64,000 nucleotides of DNA from an uncultured virus (IMG/VR IMGVR_UViG_3300037067_001693) (IMGVR_UViG_3300037067_001693); one strand, 5' to 3'; counted from the first letter of the stretch, positions 20,820-28,925 are shown. Notes: generated by a model not told the origin, from the letters alone. Numbers and translations: made by a program.

Positions 20820-20920
20820 ATGTCGTGCAGGATTACTGCGTTTGCCCGCAGCTAGCATTTGACCGTCATTCCTGCCAGTTTCTACTACTGTAGTGATCTA
20901 ACGGAATACGCTAACGACAC
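20820..20920 (-). ncRNA. candidate tRNA-ended structured RNA (~100 nt)
   Basis: 5' GUGUCGU-UA-GCGUA; 3' AAUCCUGC-ACGACAU; 7-bp acceptor-like stem. Confidence 0.4.
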
Positions 20921-21017
20921 CACGTTTTTAGTGCATCGTTGACTTCGTTACTTCCAAGTTTAGCGGATTCTATCGCTTCTCCAAAATTCATTTTACTTCT
21001 TCTTAAAATAACTTGAA

Positions 21018-21193
21018 AGAGATAAGACAGGATTTGATACCTGTATGCCCGAGGCAGGCGAACCACGAGCTTTACCTGATTGTAATACTTTTCAGTACCC
21101 AGCGGGCCTCACCTTAACAGGTTTTATAACGTCTGTTTTCATAGATTAACCAGTATTTCGGACAGAGGTTCTATGCTTTCGTCACTTATCTCT
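21018..21193 (-). ncRNA. tRNA-like RNA with 8-nt T-loop and expanded interior
   Basis: Stem AGAGAUAAG/CUUAUCUCU; 5' UGACGAAAG..UAGAAC D-like segment; T-arm ACAGG-UAUCAAAU-CCUGU. Confidence 0.6.
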
Positions 21194-21196
21194 AGC

Positions 21197-21700
21197 TTAA
21201 TACATCGAAGACTTCGTTACCTTCTTTACATCATTGAAGATCTTTCCTTCCCACTCTCTGGTAGCAATAGTAAGATCAACCTCTAAACCAAGCCATGTCT
21301 GCTCAGTAAGAGCATCAATAATAACCTGAGGTGTGGACATATCCAAGCCAACAGCAGTAGAGAACTGTTTCAGCATGTTAATCTTACTCTGTCTCTTTGT
21401 TGCCTTTCCAGATGTGTTCATCTCGCTTTCATCACCCGGACGAGGGAGCCAGTTACGATAGAACACAGTAGATCCATCAACACCAGTCTCACCATCTGAC
21501 ATAAGACCACCGTTATCATGAAGCACAAATGTCCATGCAATAGCCTGCTGTGCAGGATCAAACTTAACACTTGTTGACGCAGCGTGGTAAATACCAGCTG
21601 GAATCAAGGGTTCGGGCTTGTATTCATCGTCTACATTAAAGTCAGTGTCGATGTTCATTCCCTGTTGCTCTTCATTTAAGTCATCAAATCCATCTGCCAT
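21197..21700 (-). CDS. DUF669-like single-stranded DNA-binding protein
   Basis: EPLIPAGIYHA...REWEGKIFNDVKK OB-fold-like pattern; downstream of the Sak4-like ATPase. Confidence 0.6.
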   Translation of the reverse strand: MADGFDDLNEEQQGMNIDTDFNVDDEYKPEPLIPAGIYHAASTSVKFDPAQQAIAWTFVLHDNGGLMSDGETGVDGSTVFYRNWLPRPGDESEMNTSGKATKRQSKINMLKQFSTAVGLDMSTPQVIIDALTEQTWLGLEVDLTIATREWEGKIFNDVKKVTKSSMY

Positions 21701-21794
21701 TTTTGTTCTCCTTATTTAATATTGTTAAAGAATCGTCCATTTATTGTACCAAACTGTCGCATATTCTTTGTCTTTAGTCTCTGGTCTTTAGCCT

Positions 21795-23570
21795 TTATTT
21801 CTTTATTATCGTCGATTTGACCTCCTTTACTTTTTCACCTTTAATATAAGCCATTACTTCATTGTAGTCATTGTTCATAATATCTGGAAGTAATCGCTGC
21901 TTTCCGCTTATTCTTGATCTTGCTTTGTTCCAGCCCACGGGGACAGTTTGTACTACCCAGCGAACATCTCCGTCTTTCTTTATTGTTGAACAGTAATATA
22001 CTTCATCAAAATAACCGGGAATTTTAGTGGAAAGTTGGCCAGTAAGCAACGGTTCAACACCTATTATGTTTCCTGTTTCCTCATCCTTGATTACATTAAG
22101 GTGAGCAATAAACACTATGTTAGCATTCAGATCAAGTATCTGGCGAAGTCTGCCTTCCATAAGATTCTTAACCATTCCATAGTGAACTTGCCATAGAGGT
22201 CCGCCAGCAGGATTACGCTTTGGATCAAGTTGAAGACTTCGCTCCATTGCCAGATCTGTCATTGCAGAAAGATCATCTACTATAACAGTTTTGTATTTTC
22301 CTTCTTTAACATCTGCTTTAACTCGCATTAAAGCTTTTTCAAACTCCACCCAACCTATTGGAGACATGGAAAACTGATCGTAATCAAAGTCAAGTCCTCT
22401 GTACCCGACTATTCCGTTGGAGAAATCAAATAGGTAGCCTGGGGTAGGAAAAGTTCCTGCAAATACTGACTTTCCAGTATTATGAACAACTGAAAAATCA
22501 GCAAGTAAGAAAAGATTGTTACCGTCTATCTCAAATCCATAGTAGTTATCCTCTTTAAGTTTTTCCACACAAAACCCAAAGTTTAGTTTTGCTCTCTGTT
22601 CGTTACCAGTTACTATTGGTATTTTTCTTCTCACCTGAGTTGGGATAGTCTCAACATTTCTTGAAATTAATACAAGATAGTATCTTCCGTATATCCTACC
22701 TTTTTCAGTTACAGCAGCTTTTATAACAGGTTTAAGTGTAGCATGTAGCCCTACTGATTGACAAATAAATTGAAAATCGTTTGCCATATCCTCATCCTTA
22801 AAGGATATTTCAAATAGTCTTTTTGTCCTTTGATCTAGATGGCCATCTGTGTCTAATAATCCTGCTATCAGTTGTAATCTGTTTTTAATAGATGTAAACA
22901 TATACTCTTTTGGTATTCGTTTCTTTTCCATAAGAGAATAATGGCGTAGTAACTTTGTAAAAGGATTTTCTACTCCTCCTGTATAGCCATTAGATATTCT
23001 ATATGTATCAGGATTTGATTCACTAGCATACATACTAAGTCCAAGTGTTTCCCCATATAGTTTCCAGTATCCTATTAGGGTTATATCTATGTTAGTAAGT
23101 TCAGGTTTACCTGTTGTTCCATCACCCAACCATAAGCCAAGAATATAGGGAGGTATCAAAACAGGATATTCTGGAAGTTCTATTTTTGCTTTGTATAGTT
23201 TATGTCTTAATCGCATCGCTCTGCTCATTTTAACATAATCTTTTACAGGAATATTAACTACCTGATCTCCTTTGTGTTGATTATAGTGCATAGACAAGAT
23301 ATGACTTTCATTTACGTCATAATAGGTTCCGTCTTTGTACCATACTCTGTACATTTGCTCATACCCTCTACATAAAGAGAGTACAGTTCTTGGTGTATTA
23401 TCATCTCCCATAAGTTTGTCGCCAACTTTTATGTTTTGAACGATATTAACACCGCCGTTAGCCATAAGAACCATAGTATTCTTAGCAAAACATCCCGGAT
23501 CTCCAACACACATTACTTTTAAGAATTCACTATCCACTGTAACGTCCTTAGCACTAGGCAATTTAAACAC
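21795..23570 (-). CDS. Sak4/AAA_24-like recombination ATPase containing an intein
   Basis: Spliced Walker A GDPG|TGKS; Walker B VIVDD; FIAH; IPGYFDEV. Confidence 0.85.
   Translation of the reverse strand: MFKLPSAKDVTVDSEFLKVMCVGDPGCFAKNTMVLMANGGVNIVQNIKVGDKLMGDDNTPRTVLSLCRGYEQMYRVWYKDGTYYDVNESHILSMHYNQHKGDQVVNIPVKDYVKMSRAMRLRHKLYKAKIELPEYPVLIPPYILGLWLGDGTTGKPELTNIDITLIGYWKLYGETLGLSMYASESNPDTYRISNGYTGGVENPFTKLLRHYSLMEKKRIPKEYMFTSIKNRLQLIAGLLDTDGHLDQRTKRLFEISFKDEDMANDFQFICQSVGLHATLKPVIKAAVTEKGRIYGRYYLVLISRNVETIPTQVRRKIPIVTGNEQRAKLNFGFCVEKLKEDNYYGFEIDGNNLFLLADFSVVHNTGKSVFAGTFPTPGYLFDFSNGIVGYRGLDFDYDQFSMSPIGWVEFEKALMRVKADVKEGKYKTVIVDDLSAMTDLAMERSLQLDPKRNPAGGPLWQVHYGMVKNLMEGRLRQILDLNANIVFIAHLNVIKDEETGNIIGVEPLLTGQLSTKIPGYFDEVYYCSTIKKDGDVRWVVQTVPVGWNKARSRISGKQRLLPDIMNNDYNEVMAYIKGEKVKEVKSTIIKK
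22479..23492 (-). mobile_element. intein with LAGLIDADG homing endonuclease (338 aa)
   Basis: Starts CFAKNT, ends VVHN before Thr; LGLWLGDG and IAGLLDTDG motifs. Confidence 0.92.
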
Positions 23571-23913
23571 CTTCTTTCTTTATTTTATTCCAAAGACACT
23601 TCTCAGGGTGAAAAAGATCTAACCTTCCATCGTAATCCCTGCAAGCAGATGGTCTCTTCTTGTAGATACTACAGCCATTGGGAGTCAAATGCTGGCAAGG
23701 ATTATAAACAACTATCCAAGGCATGAAACTTCTAAAGTGTAATTCCATCCCTCTAATATTTTGATAGAATTCAGCATAGCCTGGACCCTGTAGTAGAGGT
23801 AAATTAACGTATTCACAGCAGTATTTACACTCGATACACAGTCTGGACTTTTCATCCAGTGATTTTAGGTCGATGGAGATTTGTCCGTTAATTGGACGAT
23901 TCTTTTTTGGCAT
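23563..23913 (-). CDS. YkgJ-family cysteine-cluster (CxxCxxCC) protein
   Basis: CIECKYCC...PCQHL...CSIYKKRPSACRDY. Confidence 0.8.
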   Translation of the reverse strand: MPKKNRPINGQISIDLKSLDEKSRLCIECKYCCEYVNLPLLQGPGYAEFYQNIRGMELHFRSFMPWIVVYNPCQHLTPNGCSIYKKRPSACRDYDGRLDLFHPEKCLWNKIKKEGV

Positions 23914-23916
23914 TAT

Positions 23917-25233
23917 CTACCTTTCAATAGTTTCGTACTCTTTAATCCAGTCAATTACCGCTTCTGAGAAGCCATCAATATGAATCCACTTACCATAACC
24001 AACTCCATTTCTTGCTGACGCAACATTAATCATATAAGCGTTTCCAAAAGGATCAGGAACACGATCATGACTCTGTTCGTCAGTAAATACTATTAATCTG
24101 TCTACACCTTTAATCTCAGAATAAACAGCATTTACTGCTTTACCAAGGTATGTAGATGAATGTGATTGACTACTAATAATAACATCTCTTAATGCAAAGC
24201 CTCTTCTCGGAGGAACTTGAACTATAGATGCTGAGAATGTTAACACAGTTACTCTTTCGCACGATTCTCTAAGAATCATTGCCACACCACAAGCAGCATC
24301 CATTCTTGTGAGATCGGACTTCAAAGACAGTTTATCATCCATACTTCCTGAGACATCAACAAGAACAACTGTGTGGCCTTCAAGTATTCTTGTCTTGTCT
24401 AAACAAGAAAACATAGCCTCTTCAAGATAAGGTTCAAGCGCAGGGGCAAATCGTGCCGCTGCAATAAAGCGATAAGGGAGAATTTTAGTAGTATTCATCT
24501 CCTTGATTGACTTAATTATCAGATCAACATCTACATTAACAAAATACATATTTCGAAGGTTTCGAAGAAGTGCCAGTCCTCCAAGTTTACTCTCTGAAAG
24601 AAGCCGTTCCCATGTACCTTTCTTATCTTTACCTGCAGATAACTCTACTTCCCAGGTATCGGGAGACTCAAGGGTTCCTGCAATCAGTTCCTTCCAAACT
24701 GCTGCTTGTCCAATAGACTCTGGTTTGGCATGCGAAAGAAACAAAACATCCTTCAGTTTAATAGTATTATCTCGATTATACTTTGCCAGACTGTAGGCAT
24801 TGAACTTAGTAAAGGCTGCTGCAAGTCCTTTCTTAACCTGCGCAGAAAGAGGGCATCTTCCATCCTTCCAGTAAATAGCGAGGAACTCTGTTAATTCATC
24901 AGGTCTTTGAATAACTCTACCAAGAACCATTGCAGTTCCTTTATACCCTGCTCTTGCCAGCTCTCTAACAAGAAGAAGAGGAATATGACGAAGTTTAAAT
25001 TTCTCTCTTGCTTCTACTGCTAACTCTGCAACCTTATCAGAATCAACTTCTTTAATCAAAGAAGCAATTCGAAAAGCAATAGTTTCTCCGTCCTCGTAGA
25101 ATTCCTTCTCCCATAGCATACAGGAACATACTGATCTTCGAAGCATTTGATAGGCGTTTACGTGAAGTGATGCTTTAGCTCCTTCGTGAGTGTAAACAGG
25201 AATTGCTTTTGCCGCTGTGTTAATGCTCGCCAT
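23917..25233 (-). CDS. Ro60/Rsr-like TROVE + vWA RNA-binding protein
   Basis: THEGAKA, LWEKEFYEDG, QRPDELTEFLA, PDTWEVELS, ALLRNLRN; MIDAS DVSGSM and TDEQ; true start at ATG 25233 with RBS AAAGGAG. Confidence 0.93.
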   Translation of the reverse strand: MASINTAAKAIPVYTHEGAKASLHVNAYQMLRRSVCSCMLWEKEFYEDGETIAFRIASLIKEVDSDKVAELAVEAREKFKLRHIPLLLVRELARAGYKGTAMVLGRVIQRPDELTEFLAIYWKDGRCPLSAQVKKGLAAAFTKFNAYSLAKYNRDNTIKLKDVLFLSHAKPESIGQAAVWKELIAGTLESPDTWEVELSAGKDKKGTWERLLSESKLGGLALLRNLRNMYFVNVDVDLIIKSIKEMNTTKILPYRFIAAARFAPALEPYLEEAMFSCLDKTRILEGHTVVLVDVSGSMDDKLSLKSDLTRMDAACGVAMILRESCERVTVLTFSASIVQVPPRRGFALRDVIISSQSHSSTYLGKAVNAVYSEIKGVDRLIVFTDEQSHDRVPDPFGNAYMINVASARNGVGYGKWIHIDGFSEAVIDWIKEYETIER

Positions 25234-25266
25234 GTTTCTTTCTCCTTTCAATATGTTTAAGAAGTT

Positions 25267-25343
25267 AAATGAGGAAACAATCAATTTCAGGAAGCCTTTC
25301 GGCCTTCTTAACAGGAAGTACCTGAAATTTTCGCCACTCATTT
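25267..25343 (-). ncRNA. Y-RNA-like module 1 (stand-alone)
   Basis: AUGAG-UGGCGAA-AAUUUCAGG-UACUUC-loop-CCUGAAAUU-GA-UUGUUUC-CUCAU. Confidence 0.75.
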
Positions 25344-25350
25344 CTTTAAA

Positions 25351-25422
25351 ACGTAACTCCGGAGGTTTTCTTTTCCTTATCAGTCAAAAGCGGACCAGTC
25401 AAGACTCTCTGCAGAGTTACGT
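25351..25422 (-). ncRNA. hairpin RNA within the Y-RNA array (different sequence)
   Basis: 9-bp closing stem ACGUAACUC/GAGUUACGU. Confidence 0.45.
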
Positions 25423-25433
25423 CAATATGTTAA

Positions 25434-25496
25434 AGGGCAGGGGAACAGGCAACTAAGGTCTTATCCGAAGTATCCATAGTTTACGCCACCTGCTTT
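25434..25496 (-). ncRNA. Y-RNA-like module 2 (stand-alone)
   Basis: GCAGG-UGGCGUA-AACUAUGG-AUACUUC-loop-CCUUAGUU-GC-CUGUUCC-CCUGC. Confidence 0.75.
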
Positions 25497-25509
25497 AAAG
25501 ATTAAATAA

Positions 25510-25574
25510 TGCTGAGGAATAAATGATAACAGTGTTTTCACCGAAAGAAGTAACTGTTATCTTCGCCATCAGCA
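25510..25574 (-). ncRNA. Y-RNA-like module 3 (stand-alone)
   Basis: UGCUGA-UGGCGAA-GAUAACAGU-UACUUC-loop-ACUGUUAUC-AU-UUAUUCC-UCAGCA. Confidence 0.78.
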
Positions 25575-25583
25575 AGTTTTTGT

Positions 25584-25712
25584 TAGATCGGGTGGGACTC
25601 GAACCCACGGCCCAAAGTTTGATTGAAGTATCCATAACCTTCGCTACCTTTCGGAGAATAAACGGTTAAGGTCTTTTTGACACTTTTGCTCTACCAACTG
25701 AGCTACCGATCT
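25584..25712 (-). ncRNA. tRNA body with a circularly permuted Y module in place of the anticodon loop (unit 4)
   Basis: Acceptor AGAUCGG/CCGAUCU; D arm GCUC-AGUUGGUA-GAGC; stem AAAGU/ACUUU; T arm GUGGG-UUCGAGU-CCCAC; insert CCUUAACC-GU-UUAUUCU-CC-GAAA-GG-UAGCGAA-GGUUAUGG-AUACUUC. Confidence 0.82.
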
Positions 25713-25722
25713 AAATACTGAA

Positions 25723-25853
25723 GAAAGTGGGCAGGAATTGAACCTGCGTCTCGTCATCCCAATCGAAGTAACTCCTGCCTTCGCCTTCGCCATCTTTCGA
25801 GGAATAAGCGGTAAGAGAAATTTTCGCGTGCTAACTACTACACCACCACTTTC
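25723..25853 (-). ncRNA. tRNA body with a circularly permuted Y module in the anticodon arm (unit 5)
   Basis: Acceptor GAAAGUGG/CCACUUUC; D arm GUGU/GCAC; T arm GCAGG-UUCAAUU-CCUGC; insert CUCUUACC-GC-UUAUUCC-UC-GAAA-GA-UGGCGAA(GGCGAA)-GGCAGGAG-UUACUUC. Confidence 0.78.
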
Positions 25854-25856
25854 ACT

Positions 25857-26081
25857 TTATGTTAAATACTTAGTCTTCGATAGACTTTCGTTATCCTTCC
25901 AATCACCTAAGATCTTACCAAGCACAACAATAATTGCCTGAAGTGCTTCTTTCTCGTGAGGAAGAATAGATTTCTTATCAGCAACCATCCTACTAAGGGA
26001 AGTCATTGCGCTGATCTGTCCTTTAGCGGTATTGCGTTCTCTTGCCCATCTTTGGGCCTTTGTTAAAGTTGCTTTAGTCAT
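25857..26081 (-). CDS. hypothetical protein
   Basis: TAATG coupling with the exonuclease gene. Confidence 0.55.
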   Translation of the reverse strand: MTKATLTKAQRWARERNTAKGQISAMTSLSRMVADKKSILPHEKEALQAIIVVLGKILGDWKDNESLSKTKYLT

Positions 26082-27001
26082 TATTCTTCCTTCATAACGT
26101 CCCAGTAACTGACATGATATCCGTCAGTTATTACATCTTCAGGATCACCACTCTGGTCACAGAGTTTAGTATAAGTACATGGACCATACTGATAGCATGA
26201 ATCAAAGTTTACAGGCCACACACCCTCCCGTGTGCATCTTGCTATCTCAGCAGCGGTATAGATGAACGACTTTCTCCACTCAATCAGATCCTTTTCATTG
26301 TAGATCTGAGGAATCCTTCCAAAGTCTGTAGTAACATCACCGTACTCGCCTGTTTTCTTACTTTTATACGCAGATACATATGCCAATGCTACAAGACAAC
26401 CCTCTGCTGGAAAGTCCAACACAGTTTTGCCTGCGTAAGAATATCCAATTAACTGTCCAGATCTGTTAAGTCTGGAAGCTTGCATTGACAGATTCTGGCT
26501 TGTTGACTTAAAATCAAGAATCCAATTAGCAAGGTTCATTTCTACCTGAAGATCAAGTCGTCCGGTAAAGAACAGTTCCTCTCCTATACTTTTCAAAACA
26601 GCTTCTTCATATTCATTTTCAGCATATACACCACATTTAAATCTAGCCTCTGTTGCGATTATCTTAATAAACTCCTCGTCTTTCTGATAAAAGGAAAGAT
26701 AATGTAGCAATGCTGTACAAGCAGCGTCAAATGTTCTGTAGTCAGGAAGAAATGTTTTCTTTGCTGTTTCCTCATCCCACTTCTTCTTACCAAGTTCGAG
26801 GGCAGCGGAGATCGCAAGCTCTTTCTCAGCCCAACCGTTCTCCTTAATATATTTATAATAGCCCTCAAGTATTCCGTGCCAAGTTACTCCGTAACGTATT
26901 GCGCTCGAGCCGAAGTTTGACTGGAGTCCTCTTATATGTTGCCAGTAATACTTTCGCTTACAAAGTCTAGCACATGATCCTTTAGTATTGTCTAACTCCA
27001 T
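26081..27001 (-). CDS. PD-(D/E)XK (Cas4/RecB-like) exonuclease
   Basis: CKRKYYW, GRLDL...ILDFKS, QLIGY, C-terminal CYQYGPCTYTKLC. Confidence 0.85.
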   Translation of the reverse strand: MELDNTKGSCARLCKRKYYWQHIRGLQSNFGSSAIRYGVTWHGILEGYYKYIKENGWAEKELAISAALELGKKKWDEETAKKTFLPDYRTFDAACTALLHYLSFYQKDEEFIKIIATEARFKCGVYAENEYEEAVLKSIGEELFFTGRLDLQVEMNLANWILDFKSTSQNLSMQASRLNRSGQLIGYSYAGKTVLDFPAEGCLVALAYVSAYKSKKTGEYGDVTTDFGRIPQIYNEKDLIEWRKSFIYTAAEIARCTREGVWPVNFDSCYQYGPCTYTKLCDQSGDPEDVITDGYHVSYWDVMKEE

Positions 27002-27213
27002 CAGCTTACCTCCGGTCCAGTTGTTTCTGGTACAGCATCTTCTTTATTAAGTTGCATAATCACCTCCCCTATTGATTTACAGTAGCCAGTCCACCCTTTT
27101 CCTTCAACATAACCACTTAAATCATATTTATAGGGATTCTTTTCGTACCTAAGTACAACATATTGATCTGGAAATGATTCTGATAATTTCTGGAAAGCTT
27201 CATCGAAAGTCAT
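27001..27213 (-). CDS. hypothetical protein
   Basis: TGATG coupling to the exonuclease gene. Confidence 0.5.
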   Translation of the reverse strand: MTFDEAFQKLSESFPDQYVVLRYEKNPYKYDLSGYVEGKGWTGYCKSIGEVIMQLNKEDAVPETTGPEVS

Positions 27214-27319
27214 ATTTAGTCTGCCTTTCTTTATTTAATTGTAGTTTAAAGAGGAAAGGAAACCAAGGAGGATAAGGAGGTAGGCCGAAACCTCCAAGGC
27301 TTCCTTTCCGAGGGCCGTA

Positions 27320-27727
27320 TTAGATAAGACCCAGTTTCCGCATCAGAGGCTCAGCAAGTGCACGTTCCTTGTCAGACAGGCCAGCAAACTTGTCAAGCAG
27401 GCTCTTCTTCGTGATCTTCTCACCAGCAGGAGACTTCGTGGTCCACTCACCCTTGGCAAGTGCATCAGCCGTCTTCTGAATATACTCAGCAGCCTCAGCA
27501 GACGATTCACAACCTGCAGCGGAATCACCCAATTTCTGGCTAAAGCCGTGGAGCATAGCCTGGTGCTTGATGGCGTCAGAGTAGGCGTTAATGTCAAACT
27601 TCATGACCTTATCACCAGCAGTGATGACAAGCACATCACCCTCAAAAACTTTTGAAATCTTCTTAACTCTGGTCGCCTTGGCTACGGGTGCTACAACAGC
27701 TCCTTCAACAATTCCTTCTTCACTCAT
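27320..27727 (-). CDS. hypothetical protein (paralog of 40832..41356)
   Basis: RBS AAGGAG; shared L-x-GF-x3-L-x-D and M-x2-LGL motifs. Confidence 0.7.
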   Translation of the reverse strand: MSEEGIVEGAVVAPVAKATRVKKISKVFEGDVLVITAGDKVMKFDINAYSDAIKHQAMLHGFSQKLGDSAAGCESSAEAAEYIQKTADALAKGEWTTKSPAGEKITKKSLLDKFAGLSDKERALAEPLMRKLGLI

Positions 27728-27762
27728 GTTTGTTCTCCTTTATTTTGGTTAAGATTTGTTCA

Positions 27763-27981
27763 TTAAATGGACGATTCTTTGTCATTTAAATCAAGTTCTG
27801 GCTGCATACTCTCAGCCTCCGTTTCGCCTAAACTAAGTCCCTCCTTTCGTAGGATTTTTATGTATTCACCTAATATATCTGCAATAAGACTCCTAATATT
27901 AACTCCCTTTCTTACAGCATCCATCTTGAGTAACTTATACTCATTAGGTTCAAGGGAAGCGTTAAATCTGGTTTTTTCCAT
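27763..27981 (-). CDS. ribbon-helix-helix DNA-binding protein
   Basis: TRFNASL...YKLLKMDAVRKGVNIRSLIADILGEYI; directly behind a consensus promoter. Confidence 0.6.
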   Translation of the reverse strand: MEKTRFNASLEPNEYKLLKMDAVRKGVNIRSLIADILGEYIKILRKEGLSLGETEAESMQPELDLNDKESSI

Positions 27982-28027
27982 TAAGAATCTCCTTTTGCAT
28001 TTTGTTCATGTCTGTATTTTATATCCC

Positions 28028-28056
28028 ATAATATCACAACAATTTTTAGTTGTCAA
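28028..28056 (-). promoter_or_regulatory. sigma70-type promoter
   Basis: TTGACA-17 bp-TATTAT with extended -10 TG. Confidence 0.75.
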
Positions 28057-28120
28057 TGTTTATTTTACAAGAAACACAATTATTTTTTGTCTCTAATCCC
28101 TTCTCATCATCGCTTCGAGT

Positions 28121-28528
28121 TCACTCTTTTCCTCCTTTAATTGTTAGTAATTCTGGATTCTCAAATATATTACCTATTATTTTACCTGATTTCCACCAAA
28201 TTAAATAATCACTAATATATTCATAGTTTGTTATGTCAGAAACTGTACTTCTGCTAAGTTCTTCGTGTCTTGGTCTTCCATATCCACTATTACTATTTTC
28301 ATACTCTATTACATCTCCGCAGTAAATCTCTTTGTTTGTTGTATCGTTATACCCTATATACTGAAGAGGTAATATATGCGAATAATACTCACTAAGTTTA
28401 GTACTACCTCCGTGTACGTTAACAAATCCTCTTCCGTCAGGATTAATAGTAAGTTCATCTCGTCCCATTTCCTCAGGAGAGTACATGACTTTCTTCACAG
28501 TATCCCAACCTCTAAATTTAATTAGCAT
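28121..28528 (-). CDS. YopX family protein
   Basis: IKFRGWD...LQYIG..D..KEIYCGDVI...IIGNIFENPELL. Confidence 0.85.
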   Translation of the reverse strand: MLIKFRGWDTVKKVMYSPEEMGRDELTINPDGRGFVNVHGGSTKLSEYYSHILPLQYIGYNDTTNKEIYCGDVIEYENSNSGYGRPRHEELSRSTVSDITNYEYISDYLIWWKSGKIIGNIFENPELLTIKGGKE

Positions 28529-28925
28529 TGAAAAACTCCTTCTCTTCTGCTTCAGTTAATCCTTCCAGATTATCTTCAATCTGTTCCTTCTTATATCCAT
28601 CTTTAAGCATTAACGTGATGATCCTCCTACGATAAGGATCAATAGCAATCTCCTGGTATGTTCCATCTGGGTTTTTAATCAATCCCTTTAAAGGAGCTCT
28701 GTCCTTTCTGGTAATGATGACCCAGAATCGCGAGTCTTTTCTTGTCTTAAATATCACAAGTTGAGATGCCTTAACAGGTTCCGTCATCAGATAACCAGCT
28801 TTTTCTTCTTCCAGTTCATTGGCAAAGGAAGTTTGCTCCTTCTTACTCATTACTTGAATAAGAAGGGATTGTCCAATTTCAAGTTTAGTTGCTTCCGCAA
28901 ACCAGTTTTGACTTAGTTCACTCAT
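28518..28925 (-). CDS. hypothetical protein (paralog of 39307..39666)
   Basis: Shared LLI...SK.xQ.S and LM.KDG...E.IE..L motifs. Confidence 0.6.
   Translation of the reverse strand: MSELSQNWFAEATKLEIGQSLLIQVMSKKEQTSFANELEEEKAGYLMTEPVKASQLVIFKTRKDSRFWVIITRKDRAPLKGLIKNPDGTYQEIAIDPYRRRIITLMLKDGYKKEQIEDNLEGLTEAEEKEFFNAN

Noticed and set aside
25234..25341. 36-aa N-terminal extension of Ro60 in the ORF track
   Set aside because: It overlaps Y-like module 1; the strong RBS precedes ATG 25233
25267..25853. CRISPR array, given the nearby Cas4-like nuclease
   Set aside because: No identical direct repeats with unique spacers; conservation is structural, and the nuclease fits the phage recombination module
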